64,000 nucleotides of DNA. Source: Escherichia phage ECP2303. The stretch lies in sequence record PP261279.1; one strand, written 5' to 3'. Position numbers and translations under genes: made by a program. This document shows, piece after piece, positions 20,390 through 27,977 of this stretch. Below the pieces are notes generated by a model. It was not told the DNA's origin and made no database searches. It saw only the letters and a list, made by a program, of their open reading frames with translations. How positions within the stretch are numbered: the stretch's first letter is position 1; the number at the start of each line of letters is the position of its first letter.

Positions 20390-20400
20390 TATTTATTATT

Positions 20401-20475
20401 TGGTGGCCCTGGGTGGAATTGAACCACCGTCTGGCGATTATGAGTCGCTTGCTTGAACCTTCCAGCTACAGGGCC
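20401..20475 (-). tRNA. tRNA-Met or Ile2 (anticodon CAU)
   Basis: Hand-folded cloverleaf: T-loop TTCAATT, anticodon loop CUCAUAA, CCA encoded. Confidence 0.65.
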
Positions 20476-20476
20476 A

Positions 20477-20552
20477 TGGTGCTGATGGCAGGACTTGAAC
20501 CTGCAACCTATTGATTACAAATCAATTGCACTGACAATTGTGCTACATCAGC
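20477..20552 (-). tRNA. tRNA-Thr (anticodon UGU)
   Basis: Hand-folded cloverleaf: T-loop TTCAAGT, anticodon stem AUUGA/UCAAU with loop UUUGUAA, CCA encoded. Confidence 0.65.
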
Positions 20553-20556
20553 AAAA

Positions 20557-20655
20557 GGTGCTAGGTGATGGAATCGAACCACCTATGTATTCAACGACTA
20601 CCTCGTCTATTTTCAGGATTAAAAATCCTCGCCCTTGCCAAAGGGCTTACCTAGC
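20557..20655 (-). tRNA. tRNA-like element, atypical (~99 nt; anticodon unassigned)
   Basis: Canonical acceptor stem (GCTAGGT/ACCTAGC), D arm and T arm (GGTGG-TTCGATT-CCATC), but two internal hairpins both have 5-nt loops, so there is no 7-nt anticodon loop. Confidence 0.4.
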
Positions 20656-20743
20656 GCAATATGTTGACCATGTGGCTAGTCGGCGATGACGACTGTAACA
20701 TTTGATAATCCGGTTCTGCTTCCGGCTTTCGCTTAATTACAAG

Positions 20744-20834
20744 GTCAACAATGTGGCGGAGAGTAATGGAATCGAACCATCATCGAGTTATCCTCAACGG
20801 GACGGTTTTCAAGACCGCTTGAGCACCATTGCTC
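20744..20834 (-). tRNA. tRNA-Ser (anticodon UGA)
   Basis: Class II tRNA with a long variable arm; anticodon loop CUUGAAA, T-loop TTCGATT, CCA encoded. Confidence 0.65.
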
Positions 20835-20958
20835 CCTACCCTCCTTTATAAATTACACTGATAATGACACTGATTTTCGAGCAGTTAGTGACTAGTATAA
20901 ACGACGATAAATATCAATGTCATTATCTGTATGATTTATGCATTTAAAAATATAAATT

Positions 20959-21045
20959 TGGTGGGGAGTGGTGGAGTCGAACCACCCGAGTCGCAATGAC
21001 AATAGATTTACAGTCTACACCGCTACCTCTACGGGATAACTCCCC
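20959..21045 (-). tRNA. tRNA-Tyr (anticodon GUA)
   Basis: Class II-like with a long variable arm; anticodon loop CUGUAAA, T-loop TTCGACT, CCA encoded. Confidence 0.6.
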
Positions 21046-21049
21046 AATT

Positions 21050-21124
21050 TGGCACCCCGTACTGGACTCGAACCAGTGTCAACGGCTTAGAAGGCCGCTG
21101 CTTTATCCACTAAGCTAACAGGGC
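21050..21124 (-). tRNA. tRNA-Arg (anticodon UCU)
   Basis: 75 nt; anticodon loop CUUCUAA, T-loop TTCGAGT, acceptor stem with two G-U pairs, CCA encoded. Confidence 0.6.
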
Positions 21125-21182
21125 ACTGGGTGGCTTTCTTTTACACCTGAGCCGCCAGAAAAGGTGGGAGACCATGTTTATA

Positions 21183-21211
21183 ATATTACACTGTTAGGCA
21201 AAGTTTGTCAA
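21183..21211 (-). promoter_or_regulatory. sigma70-like promoter upstream of the tRNA cluster
   Basis: Minus strand TTGACA-N17-TAATAT, about 60 nt upstream of the tRNA-Arg 5' end. Confidence 0.5.
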
Positions 21212-21220
21212 GAAAATATT

Positions 21221-21559
21221 TTAACTATTGCCAACAGGCTGTATTTCTGTGGTAAATGGCATAAAAGGTGCTGGTTTTTCAGCCTCTTCTACTACCACCT
21301 CTTCCTCTTCACCAAACATCTCATCATATTCTTCCTGCATTCGGTCTGCCTTATCAAGAACATACTCTGCAATGCTTTGACGAATATTTTGTTTGGTTTT
21401 CGGGTCCAACATCAGCTCTCTTAAAACTTTGTGAGCTTCTGGAACCATCGCTATAAAAGATTCCTTCATATCAAGGATGTTCTTCTCTAGCTGAATGGCG
21501 TTGGACTCCTCTTTCAGAGGTCTGCCTCTACGGCGACGCTTTTTAGTTGTATCCGCCAT
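21221..21559 (-). CDS. small basic protein, putative DNA-binding
   Basis: 112 aa from an internal ATG with GGAGGAAAC Shine-Dalgarno; N-terminal KKRRRRGRP patch; a TATCACGTGATA palindrome lies 12 nt upstream of the start. Confidence 0.5.
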   Translation of the reverse strand: MADTTKKRRRRGRPLKEESNAIQLEKNILDMKESFIAMVPEAHKVLRELMLDPKTKQNIRQSIAEYVLDKADRMQEEYDEMFGEEEEVVVEEAEKPAPFMPFTTEIQPVGNS

Positions 21560-21570
21560 GTTTCCTCCAT

Positions 21571-21599
21571 TATCACGTGATAGGTGGATTTTATCACGG
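21571..21599. promoter_or_regulatory. operator-like palindrome TATCACGTGATA plus a TATCACGG half-site
   Basis: Perfect 12-bp palindrome at 21571-21582 and TATCACGG at 21592-21599, in the 5' leader of the gene starting at 21559. Confidence 0.45.
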
Positions 21600-21904
21600 C
21601 AAATACTGATTGTCAAGTTCGCCGCAGGGTGGTATTCCCTGCGACTTGCCCAGCGTCCTGGACCAGCAAGACCCAACAAGTGGGTTACCAGATACCCATT
21701 ACCGCGCTCTGGCTCGACCTTATTACAGGTTGGCTGGGGTCACATCGTCATGTGCTGGCTGCCCCTACCATTTTAAGTGTGGTGCACTATCAAGCCCTCT
21801 AAGGGGAACTCAGACTTCTCCGAACCCTGTTTCAAAGCATCCGGAGATAAAGCCATCAAACTCATCTTTAAATTGGATATTCATCATGATACACGAAAAC
21901 AACC

Positions 21905-22147
21905 TCATTGTAAAGCACAAATAAATAAAACATACTTAATTTGTTTGTTATCGGGCTCAGGGTAGAAGTAGAAGATCTTGCTATCACCAATCTGCACACC
22001 ACCATCCCAACAACATAAACCATAACCCGTATTCATACAAGCTAAGTCGTTTGCAAAATCTATTGCATCATCTAGTGCACGAAATTCACCTTCATCTTCT
22101 AAATAATCCTCATTCATGGAACGGAAAACGAGCTTAACCTTAAACAT
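21905..22147 (-). CDS. hypothetical protein
   Basis: 80-aa acidic ORF. Confidence 0.4.
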   Translation of the reverse strand: MFKVKLVFRSMNEDYLEDEGEFRALDDAIDFANDLACMNTGYGLCCWDGGVQIGDSKIFYFYPEPDNKQIKYVLFICALQ

Positions 22148-22223
22148 AGCATTACCTGTAGACCTCGTAAGTTAAAATTGTATCACATCATATTGCAGAT
22201 CTTATCAGGTAACATTATTTTTG

Positions 22224-22412
22224 TCAACAGATTCCGGCCTTATCCCTCCTGTCTGCGTATTCTTTAATCGCAACCTCACCTGCATTGGTAACCAGATCTT
22301 CAAAGTAATTCTCAAGCTCCTCGTCAATGTCCGGTGACCAGCTCTTTTTCCTGTCAGTGTGAATTGCAGACTTGTTGAACTTATTACAATTCTTTGCTAC
22401 CGGATTGTTCAT
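22224..22412 (-). CDS. hypothetical protein
   Basis: 62-aa ORF co-oriented with neighbours. Confidence 0.3.
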   Translation of the reverse strand: MNNPVAKNCNKFNKSAIHTDRKKSWSPDIDEELENYFEDLVTNAGEVAIKEYADRRDKAGIC

Positions 22413-22422
22413 TAAGCTCTCC

Positions 22423-23001
22423 TCAACGTTCGTAGTAAATCTTATTCAACATTACCTCATCGTTTGCAGAAAGGATATCAAGATATGCATCACCAAATCT
22501 GCCTGCAACAACCTCTGCATGATACATCACTTCGTTAACATCGTCAAGAGTGATAACCGGATGACCATATCTTTCTGAATATTGTCTCAGTGTGCGATGT
22601 AACGAGTCGTCATCATATGCAGACTTTTTAATATCACAAACACGACGAATGGCCTTGATGTCGAAAAAACCTGTGCGATACCACCCAAGAAAAAAGTTCC
22701 GTGTAGTGTCAACATCTACATCAATACCATTAAGAACCTTATCTACAAGATAGCTGTCATCCTTTGGACTAGCGTCCTTAGTGCGAATGTAGTTGCCATC
22801 TTTTCCAGGTGATAGCTCCTTCTCATCACCAACTTGCATGCCATCATTTGGCGGTGTTAGCCACTTATCAGGATGCTTACGATCACGAGCGTTAGAATGA
22901 TTACGCTGGAAACCTGGCTTCCACTTGAAAGTTTTCTCCATCTGTTCTTCATTCTGATAACGTTTTGCAATCTTTTCACTGGCATCTTTGCGTGAACTCA
23001 T
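22423..23001 (-). CDS. hypothetical protein
   Basis: 192-aa ORF. Confidence 0.45.
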   Translation of the reverse strand: MSSRKDASEKIAKRYQNEEQMEKTFKWKPGFQRNHSNARDRKHPDKWLTPPNDGMQVGDEKELSPGKDGNYIRTKDASPKDDSYLVDKVLNGIDVDVDTTRNFFLGWYRTGFFDIKAIRRVCDIKKSAYDDDSLHRTLRQYSERYGHPVITLDDVNEVMYHAEVVAGRFGDAYLDILSANDEVMLNKIYYER

Positions 23002-23385
23002 AGCAGACTCCTCTTCAAGTTATAGAAAAACTCACTGTATCGCTTTGTAACGAGCTTTTCTATCAAACTGGTGCGATTGCCTTACTTGGTATAGTTTATA
23101 TAGCTGTGGAGCGATTTAGGGGCCTTCTTGTCAGTTTCCACACATAAACTTTATCCGAACTCGCGCGGGAGGCTCTCAACCGACTCCTTCCGGCGCTGGC
23201 AAGCTTTCGTCGGTGGTACACATTAGTGCTCGGCCTTTGGCCTGCGCTATCGCTTCGCTCCCACACATGTTAACAGTCCTGCATGTATGCACTTCTGTTA
23301 TTGTGTGCACTATGGAGGCCCGGCATCTCGCCCCTCGTAGGCGAGTGCCAATGAAGGGCCGACACTACCCATAATAAGTAATAAA

Positions 23386-23505
23386 TTTAAAACATGGTAC
23401 TTAGGATCTAGTATATTCTACATAAGTTAAGTATATGTACTTTAGTACCATAAGTACTAGATCTTTTATTTTTATTATTTAGTTATTTTAGTTATATTCT
23501 TTATG
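23386..23505. repeat. AT-rich region with dyad-symmetry elements (putative DNA-unwinding element)
   Basis: Inverted elements GATCTAGTA / TACTAGATC and CATGGTAC / GTACCAT, then a ~45-bp run of TTTTATT-type sequence. Confidence 0.5.
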
Positions 23506-23587
23506 TGTCCGTATCACGGACAGTTAGTGTCCGTATTACGGGCAGATGTGTCCGCGTGACGGACAGTAGTGTCCGTATCACGGACAG
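23506..23587. repeat. four tandem ~21-bp iterons, each an 18-bp palindrome TGTCCGTATCACGGACAG (two exact, two variant)
   Basis: Copies at 23506, 23528, 23549 and 23570 with 21-22 bp periodicity; each has arms TGTCCGT / ACGGACA around a 4-nt centre. Confidence 0.8.
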
Positions 23588-23661
23588 TTACTAACCTCTG
23601 TTCCAGAGTGAACATAAAACATACAAATCCTTATAGTACAGATGTTTAAGTTTTTACTGGT

Positions 23662-24012
23662 CTAACCAGTTGTTGACATTCGAATAACTTCTTCTGGTGG
23701 CAAAACTTTGTAAAATGTGCATCTTTTACCTCTCCCTTGTGTGGATATTTCAACCACTCCTGCACATTCTAAAGTTTTAACGCACGCTGCTGCTTTTGTT
23801 TTCTTTATCCCAACATCTGCTGCAATTTTCCTTGTGCTGGGTGTGAAGCGTGAATTTTCTCCAAGCTTATACCAGTTGTGCAGATAGCAGTATACGATCT
23901 TGTCATATAAGTCAAGAACAACAACCTCCCCAGTTGTGTCATTCAAAACTTTTGACATAGACAGTATTTCAAGGGGGACTTTAAGATATAGCAGCTTATC
24001 CCCATCTTTCAT
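23662..24012 (-). CDS. winged-helix DNA-binding protein (putative iteron-binding regulator or initiator)
   Basis: 116 aa with an HTH-like segment STRKIAADVGIKKTKAAACVKTLECAGVVE; its 3' end sits ~75 bp from the iteron array. Confidence 0.45.
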   Translation of the reverse strand: MKDGDKLLYLKVPLEILSMSKVLNDTTGEVVVLDLYDKIVYCYLHNWYKLGENSRFTPSTRKIAADVGIKKTKAAACVKTLECAGVVEISTQGRGKRCTFYKVLPPEEVIRMSTTG

Positions 24013-24059
24013 ATCTCCTGATTCTCCTTGTGTGGCAATTTTCTTTAAAATAGCAGGGA

Positions 24060-24614
24060 TTACTCCCCGCTGTCAATAGCAAGACTCATTGCAATACGGT
24101 ATGCCTCTTCTAATGGTAAGAGTCTCCCCCACACATCCCAACCGACATCAAACTGCCTGCCAAACAACTGCTGTGTGGTTCCGTGAGCATGACCGAACAG
24201 TTGGACTGATCCGTGAGGCTTTCTGTTCCACTTTGCAAACTGGTAATGGCTCATACAGATCAAATTCTTGTTGTGGCGAAGCTCGTAATAATCTACAACC
24301 TCATGACCGAACTCTTTCATAATTCTGACAGTCGTTCTTGTGTCATGGTTACCACGAACAAGAATAATATGTCCGTTCAACATATTTAGAACATCTGGAA
24401 GCAGTTTGTTGATATTCTTATCATTAGTGCACGCAATATCCCCCAAGTGAAACACAGTGTCTGCAGGTGACACAACAGAGTTCCACTTGGTGATGATTCC
24501 CGCATTCATACTGTCAAGATTGTGATCATACTGAGATCTGTGTTTTTGACATGAGTCGAACTCCATTACCCGCTGGTGGAGAAAGTGTGTGTCGCTTGTT
24601 ACAAAGTATTTCAT
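24060..24614 (-). CDS. calcineurin-like metallophosphoesterase
   Basis: Track ORF trimmed to the Met with a GAGGA Shine-Dalgarno; motifs SDTHF, GDIA, GNHD, GHAHG of the metallophosphatase superfamily. Confidence 0.7.
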   Translation of the reverse strand: MKYFVTSDTHFLHQRVMEFDSCQKHRSQYDHNLDSMNAGIITKWNSVVSPADTVFHLGDIACTNDKNINKLLPDVLNMLNGHIILVRGNHDTRTTVRIMKEFGHEVVDYYELRHNKNLICMSHYQFAKWNRKPHGSVQLFGHAHGTTQQLFGRQFDVGWDVWGRLLPLEEAYRIAMSLAIDSGE

Positions 24615-24621
24615 ACATTCC

Positions 24622-25032
24622 TCATTTAAGTTTAATGCAGTTTTTAAGCTGGCGTTCCATACGATCCACAACCCTGTCTGGAACATCATGAATGCTTTTA
24701 TTACCATGGCGGTTTTCAACCACGATCACGGTATAACTATATCCATGACTGATCGCCATGTCAATATATTCTTGCACATATTTTTCTTTTGTAAACGTAT
24801 TACTTACCACGATACGGTCGTAGCCCATACGCATCATATCTTCTACGTTATCTTTGCACCATTTTGCTGCAAGTGTTACTTTACTTGCATCCCAATTGTA
24901 ATTGCCGTCATCGTCGTACCAGAACATATCGTTCTCAAAATGTGGATACAGACCTTCTAAAGATAGCGCATTTGCCAGTGTTGATTTGCCAGACCCTGGT
25001 AGACCACGCACGATATATAGCATTTTAGACAT
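24622..25032 (-). CDS. P-loop polynucleotide-kinase-like protein
   Basis: 136 aa from the Met with a GGAGAG Shine-Dalgarno; Walker A GLPGSGKST and overall resemblance to the T4 Pnkp kinase domain (recalled from memory, not aligned). Confidence 0.6.
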   Translation of the reverse strand: MSKMLYIVRGLPGSGKSTLANALSLEGLYPHFENDMFWYDDDGNYNWDASKVTLAAKWCKDNVEDMMRMGYDRIVVSNTFTKEKYVQEYIDMAISHGYSYTVIVVENRHGNKSIHDVPDRVVDRMERQLKNCIKLK

Positions 25033-25060
25033 AGTAACTCTCCGTTTTAATTTTAATGAT

Positions 25061-25089
25061 AGTATACCTAACTGTTTTGTTAATTTCAA
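25061..25089 (-). promoter_or_regulatory. sigma70-like promoter for the kinase/phosphoesterase operon
   Basis: Minus strand TTGAAA-N17-TATACT about 25 nt upstream of the kinase start; divergent from the ligase promoter. Confidence 0.5.
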
Positions 25090-25092
25090 GTG

Positions 25093-25121
25093 TTGACACC
25101 AGGTTATTTGTGTGGCAGAAT
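25093..25121 (+). promoter_or_regulatory. sigma70-like promoter upstream of the RNA ligase gene
   Basis: TTGACA-N17-CAGAAT (weak -10) 30 nt upstream of the ligase start region. Confidence 0.4.
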
Positions 25122-25150
25122 AAAGGGACAAAATGACAAATGAGGAATGT

Positions 25151-26068
25151 ATGATGAAGTATTTTAATGCAGACGACCTGGTTGACAAAGGTCTTGTAAC
25201 CAGCAGATATTACCCAGATCTTGGATTAAAGATCTACAAATATGCCAGAAAAGTATTCTACAACAATTTATGGCATTTGTCTCCGCGTTTACTAGAGTGC
25301 CGAGGCATTGTTGTCGGTAATGAAGGAAATGTTGTGGCATGGCCCTTCACAAAAGTGTTTAATTTGGGAGAAAACTCCACCAACCTGCCTGACAATAAAC
25401 TTGTGACGGCGGTAGAGAAAAAGAACGGATTCCTTGGTGTGGTATCATCTCATAAAGGTGAACTATTGTTTTCAACAACCGGGTCTCTTGATTCTCCATA
25501 TTGTAACCTTGCAAAGGAAACCATCCAGGAGCAATGTGGTAATTTAGATCTCATCAAAAAGGTTATGGGCCATGAAAACATGACATTCATGTTTGAAATT
25601 TGTCACCCTTCAGATCCGCATATTGTTCAGGAAGACCATGGCGCATATTTGATAGGTTGCAGATATAACGATTCTGGAATAATGCTACCAGAAGCAGCTT
25701 TAGATGGGATTGCCAAATACCTTGGTGCAAAACGTCCTCACACTGTGCGTGAAATTCCGTTCAGCTATGCAAAAGAATTAGCTGCAGAAACAAGAGGTGA
25801 AGGGTATATGATTCGTAAGCCTTACTACCCTTATGATCTGCAGCTGAAGATCAAGTCTCCATACTATTTGGCACGGAAGGCCGTAATGAGGGGTAAAGCT
25901 TGGAAGATTTGGGATGATGATATCTTTAAACGTATTGACGAAGAGTTTTACGGCATGGTAAACTTCATTCGTAACAATTACACAGAAGATGTGTGGAACT
26001 GCCTCCTAGAGCAGGAACGCCGTGAGATACTTGACTGCTATTTCCACAACGAGGACTATATGCAATGA
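25151..26068 (+). CDS. RNA ligase, T4 Rnl1 (gp63)-like
   Basis: Blocks LECRGIVV, FNLGEN, EKKNGFL (KxxG nucleotidyltransferase lysine motif), FSTTGSL, FMFEICHP match T4 Rnl1 as recalled from memory; start taken at the ATG after GAGGAA (track start 25133 also possible). Confidence 0.75.
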   Translation: MMKYFNADDLVDKGLVTSRYYPDLGLKIYKYARKVFYNNLWHLSPRLLECRGIVVGNEGNVVAWPFTKVFNLGENSTNLPDNKLVTAVEKKNGFLGVVSSHKGELLFSTTGSLDSPYCNLAKETIQEQCGNLDLIKKVMGHENMTFMFEICHPSDPHIVQEDHGAYLIGCRYNDSGIMLPEAALDGIAKYLGAKRPHTVREIPFSYAKELAAETRGEGYMIRKPYYPYDLQLKIKSPYYLARKAVMRGKAWKIWDDDIFKRIDEEFYGMVNFIRNNYTEDVWNCLLEQERREILDCYFHNEDYMQ

Positions 26069-26415
26069 AGAAGTTGATTGTGTGGCTGGATGACTTGAGA
26101 GATCCGTCAAATTATGGGCTCCCAGATGCTCTTTGGCTAAAGAATTCCTCTGAGTTTATGGATTTTATTAACGATAAGGGAAAGCTCTACAGGCGCGTTT
26201 CTGAGTGGCACATGGACAACGACCTTGGAGAGGTATTTGAAGGGTACGATTGCCTATCTATGCTGGAGGAAAAATTTGTATTTGGTAAGCCTCCTGTAGT
26301 TGACAACGTGAAGATTTTCGTGCATACTTCTAACCCATCAGCTGCTCGTAAATTCATGCTTGCTGCTGACTCGTTTAAAAAGTTTGGAATAGAGATTAAA
26401 CAAAACATCTACTGA
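26065..26415 (+). CDS. hypothetical protein co-transcribed with the RNA ligase
   Basis: 116 aa, start overlaps the ligase stop (ATGA). Confidence 0.5.
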   Translation: MKKLIVWLDDLRDPSNYGLPDALWLKNSSEFMDFINDKGKLYRRVSEWHMDNDLGEVFEGYDCLSMLEEKFVFGKPPVVDNVKIFVHTSNPSAARKFMLAADSFKKFGIEIKQNIY

Positions 26416-26423
26416 GGACACTT

Positions 26424-27185
26424 ATGCGACGACTGATCATTATCTCCGGTGCTGGTTTGAGCGCTGAATCTGGTATCCCAACTTTCCGATCTGGTGGCAC
26501 TGCAATGTGGGAGAATTTCAGCATCGATGAGGTGTGTAACATCCACACCTTTGCCAAGAACTACTATAAGGTTCATGACTTTTACAATGCACGGCGTGTA
26601 GCTCTTGGCAGTGTTGATCCTAACCTTGCACATCTCCGGATCGCTGAGTGGTATTCCCGCTGGTCTGGTCGTGTGATCAACCTGACCACCAATGTAGATG
26701 ATTTGCTGGAGCGTGCTGGTGTAAAACATGAAGATATTTTACATGTCCACGGATATTTGCCAGAAATAGTCTACAAGGATGATGAAGGGAGTAACGTCAT
26801 TAAAGACATTGGATACTCTGAGGTAGATGCAAGCAAGTATACTTGGGTTAAGCCTAATGTAGTGTTCTTCGGAGAAGTAGCTCCAAAGTATACAGACATG
26901 TATGACCTGTTGACTTCTCTGACGAGCAATGATATGGTTATCCTTGTAGGGTGCTCCAACACAGTTATCAATTTTAACTGGGAGCTATTCCCTGCCTGTA
27001 ATAAGGGGACCAAACTGCTGATCGTTAACAAATACGACTCACAGCATTTAGGGGAGAATGGCATTTCACGTAGTGACATTTACCAGTATGAGGATCGCGG
27101 CATCCCAGTTTGGTTTAACGGGGCTGTTGACGCTTTCTCTGATAAAACATTCATTGACATCGTAGAAAACTTTATGGAACTGTAA
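26424..27185 (+). CDS. Sir2-family NAD+-dependent protein (deacylase or ADP-ribosyltransferase-like), no Zn ribbon
   Basis: GAGLSAESGIPTFRS, TTNVDDL, HVHG, FFGE and ILVGCS sirtuin motifs are present; no Cys cluster between HG and FGE. Confidence 0.75.
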   Translation: MRRLIIISGAGLSAESGIPTFRSGGTAMWENFSIDEVCNIHTFAKNYYKVHDFYNARRVALGSVDPNLAHLRIAEWYSRWSGRVINLTTNVDDLLERAGVKHEDILHVHGYLPEIVYKDDEGSNVIKDIGYSEVDASKYTWVKPNVVFFGEVAPKYTDMYDLLTSLTSNDMVILVGCSNTVINFNWELFPACNKGTKLLIVNKYDSQHLGENGISRSDIYQYEDRGIPVWFNGAVDAFSDKTFIDIVENFMEL

Positions 27186-27199
27186 GCGGAGGCCTTTTA

Positions 27200-27913
27200 A
27201 TGCTGAATACTAAACTGATTGACAACTTGGAAAAACTGTCTCAGCCTGAAAACTACCTTTGGTCTGCCAACTGGGTGGAAAATTGGAACCGTGTAGCAGC
27301 TAAAGTGAAAAAATCATACACACCATTCGAACTTCAGCTGAGTTTCATTGAGGAAGAGTTCAATGAAGTTTTGGAAGAGTTGGAGAAAGGTGATGGTGGG
27401 GATCATCTCCTAAAAGAGGCCTGCGATCTTCACGTTGTCACAAGTTATGCCGCTTATCTTGTTAACGATAACCATGAAAAGTGGTCAAACCTGTTTGATA
27501 ATCCGCGAGGTCTTAAGTTTAAGATCGGTGAATTTTATGATACATTGATCGCTGCGAAAAATACCTCTAAGCAAAGAGCGTCTGCTTACCGCTTAGCAGA
27601 GTTGTCAACAGCTTTGCTGTTCCAGCTTCGCGGTGATGTGTGCGGGATGATGCGGAAGGTTCTAAAATCTAATGACAGCAAGTTTGCACGCGTCAACCAT
27701 CTGCGGTATTCACACGGTGCCAGTGCAGATATGCCTGCTGAACAACTTATCGAGTTGGAGATTAAAGATCTTGAGCGACGCTTTGATGGTCGCTATGAAG
27801 GTTTTGTTGCTAAAGAAGAATTCTACAACGGAAATAAAGTTATCATATTCCTCGACAGTAAAGGTAAGATTATGAAGCCTTCAAGCTTCAAGGATGTAAC
27901 AGAATATATTTAA
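27200..27913 (+). CDS. MazG-like nucleotide pyrophosphohydrolase domain protein (putative)
   Basis: N-terminal EEEFNEVLEELEKGD...LLKEACDL resembles the MazG EExxE...ExxD metal-binding pattern; 237 aa. Confidence 0.45.
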   Translation: MLNTKLIDNLEKLSQPENYLWSANWVENWNRVAAKVKKSYTPFELQLSFIEEEFNEVLEELEKGDGGDHLLKEACDLHVVTSYAAYLVNDNHEKWSNLFDNPRGLKFKIGEFYDTLIAAKNTSKQRASAYRLAELSTALLFQLRGDVCGMMRKVLKSNDSKFARVNHLRYSHGASADMPAEQLIELEIKDLERRFDGRYEGFVAKEEFYNGNKVIIFLDSKGKIMKPSSFKDVTEYI

Positions 27914-27919
27914 TAACAT

Positions 27920-27945
27920 AGCCGGGGCGATCCCGGCTTTACTTG
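27920..27945 (+). terminator. intrinsic terminator
   Basis: AGCCGGG-GCGAT-CCCGGCT hairpin followed by a T-rich tract. Confidence 0.6.
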
Positions 27946-27977
27946 TTTAGGAAAGTATGCAAGTGAGGTAGAAAGTT

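Noticed and set aside
20326-20689. Plus-strand ORFs 20326..20514 and 20495..20689 from the track
   Set aside because: They lie entirely over the minus-strand tRNA genes and have no ribosome-binding sites; treated as spurious.
20300-21130. tRNA cluster as a prophage integration site or attachment junction
   Set aside because: No integrase, excisionase or direct-repeat junction is present; the tRNAs form a compact phage-type cluster with its own promoter inside a virulent-phage gene layout.
23506-23587. Possible CRISPR array (regularly spaced direct repeats)
   Set aside because: Repeats are 18 bp separated by only 3-4 bp with no spacers of CRISPR length; the pattern is a tandem iteron array.
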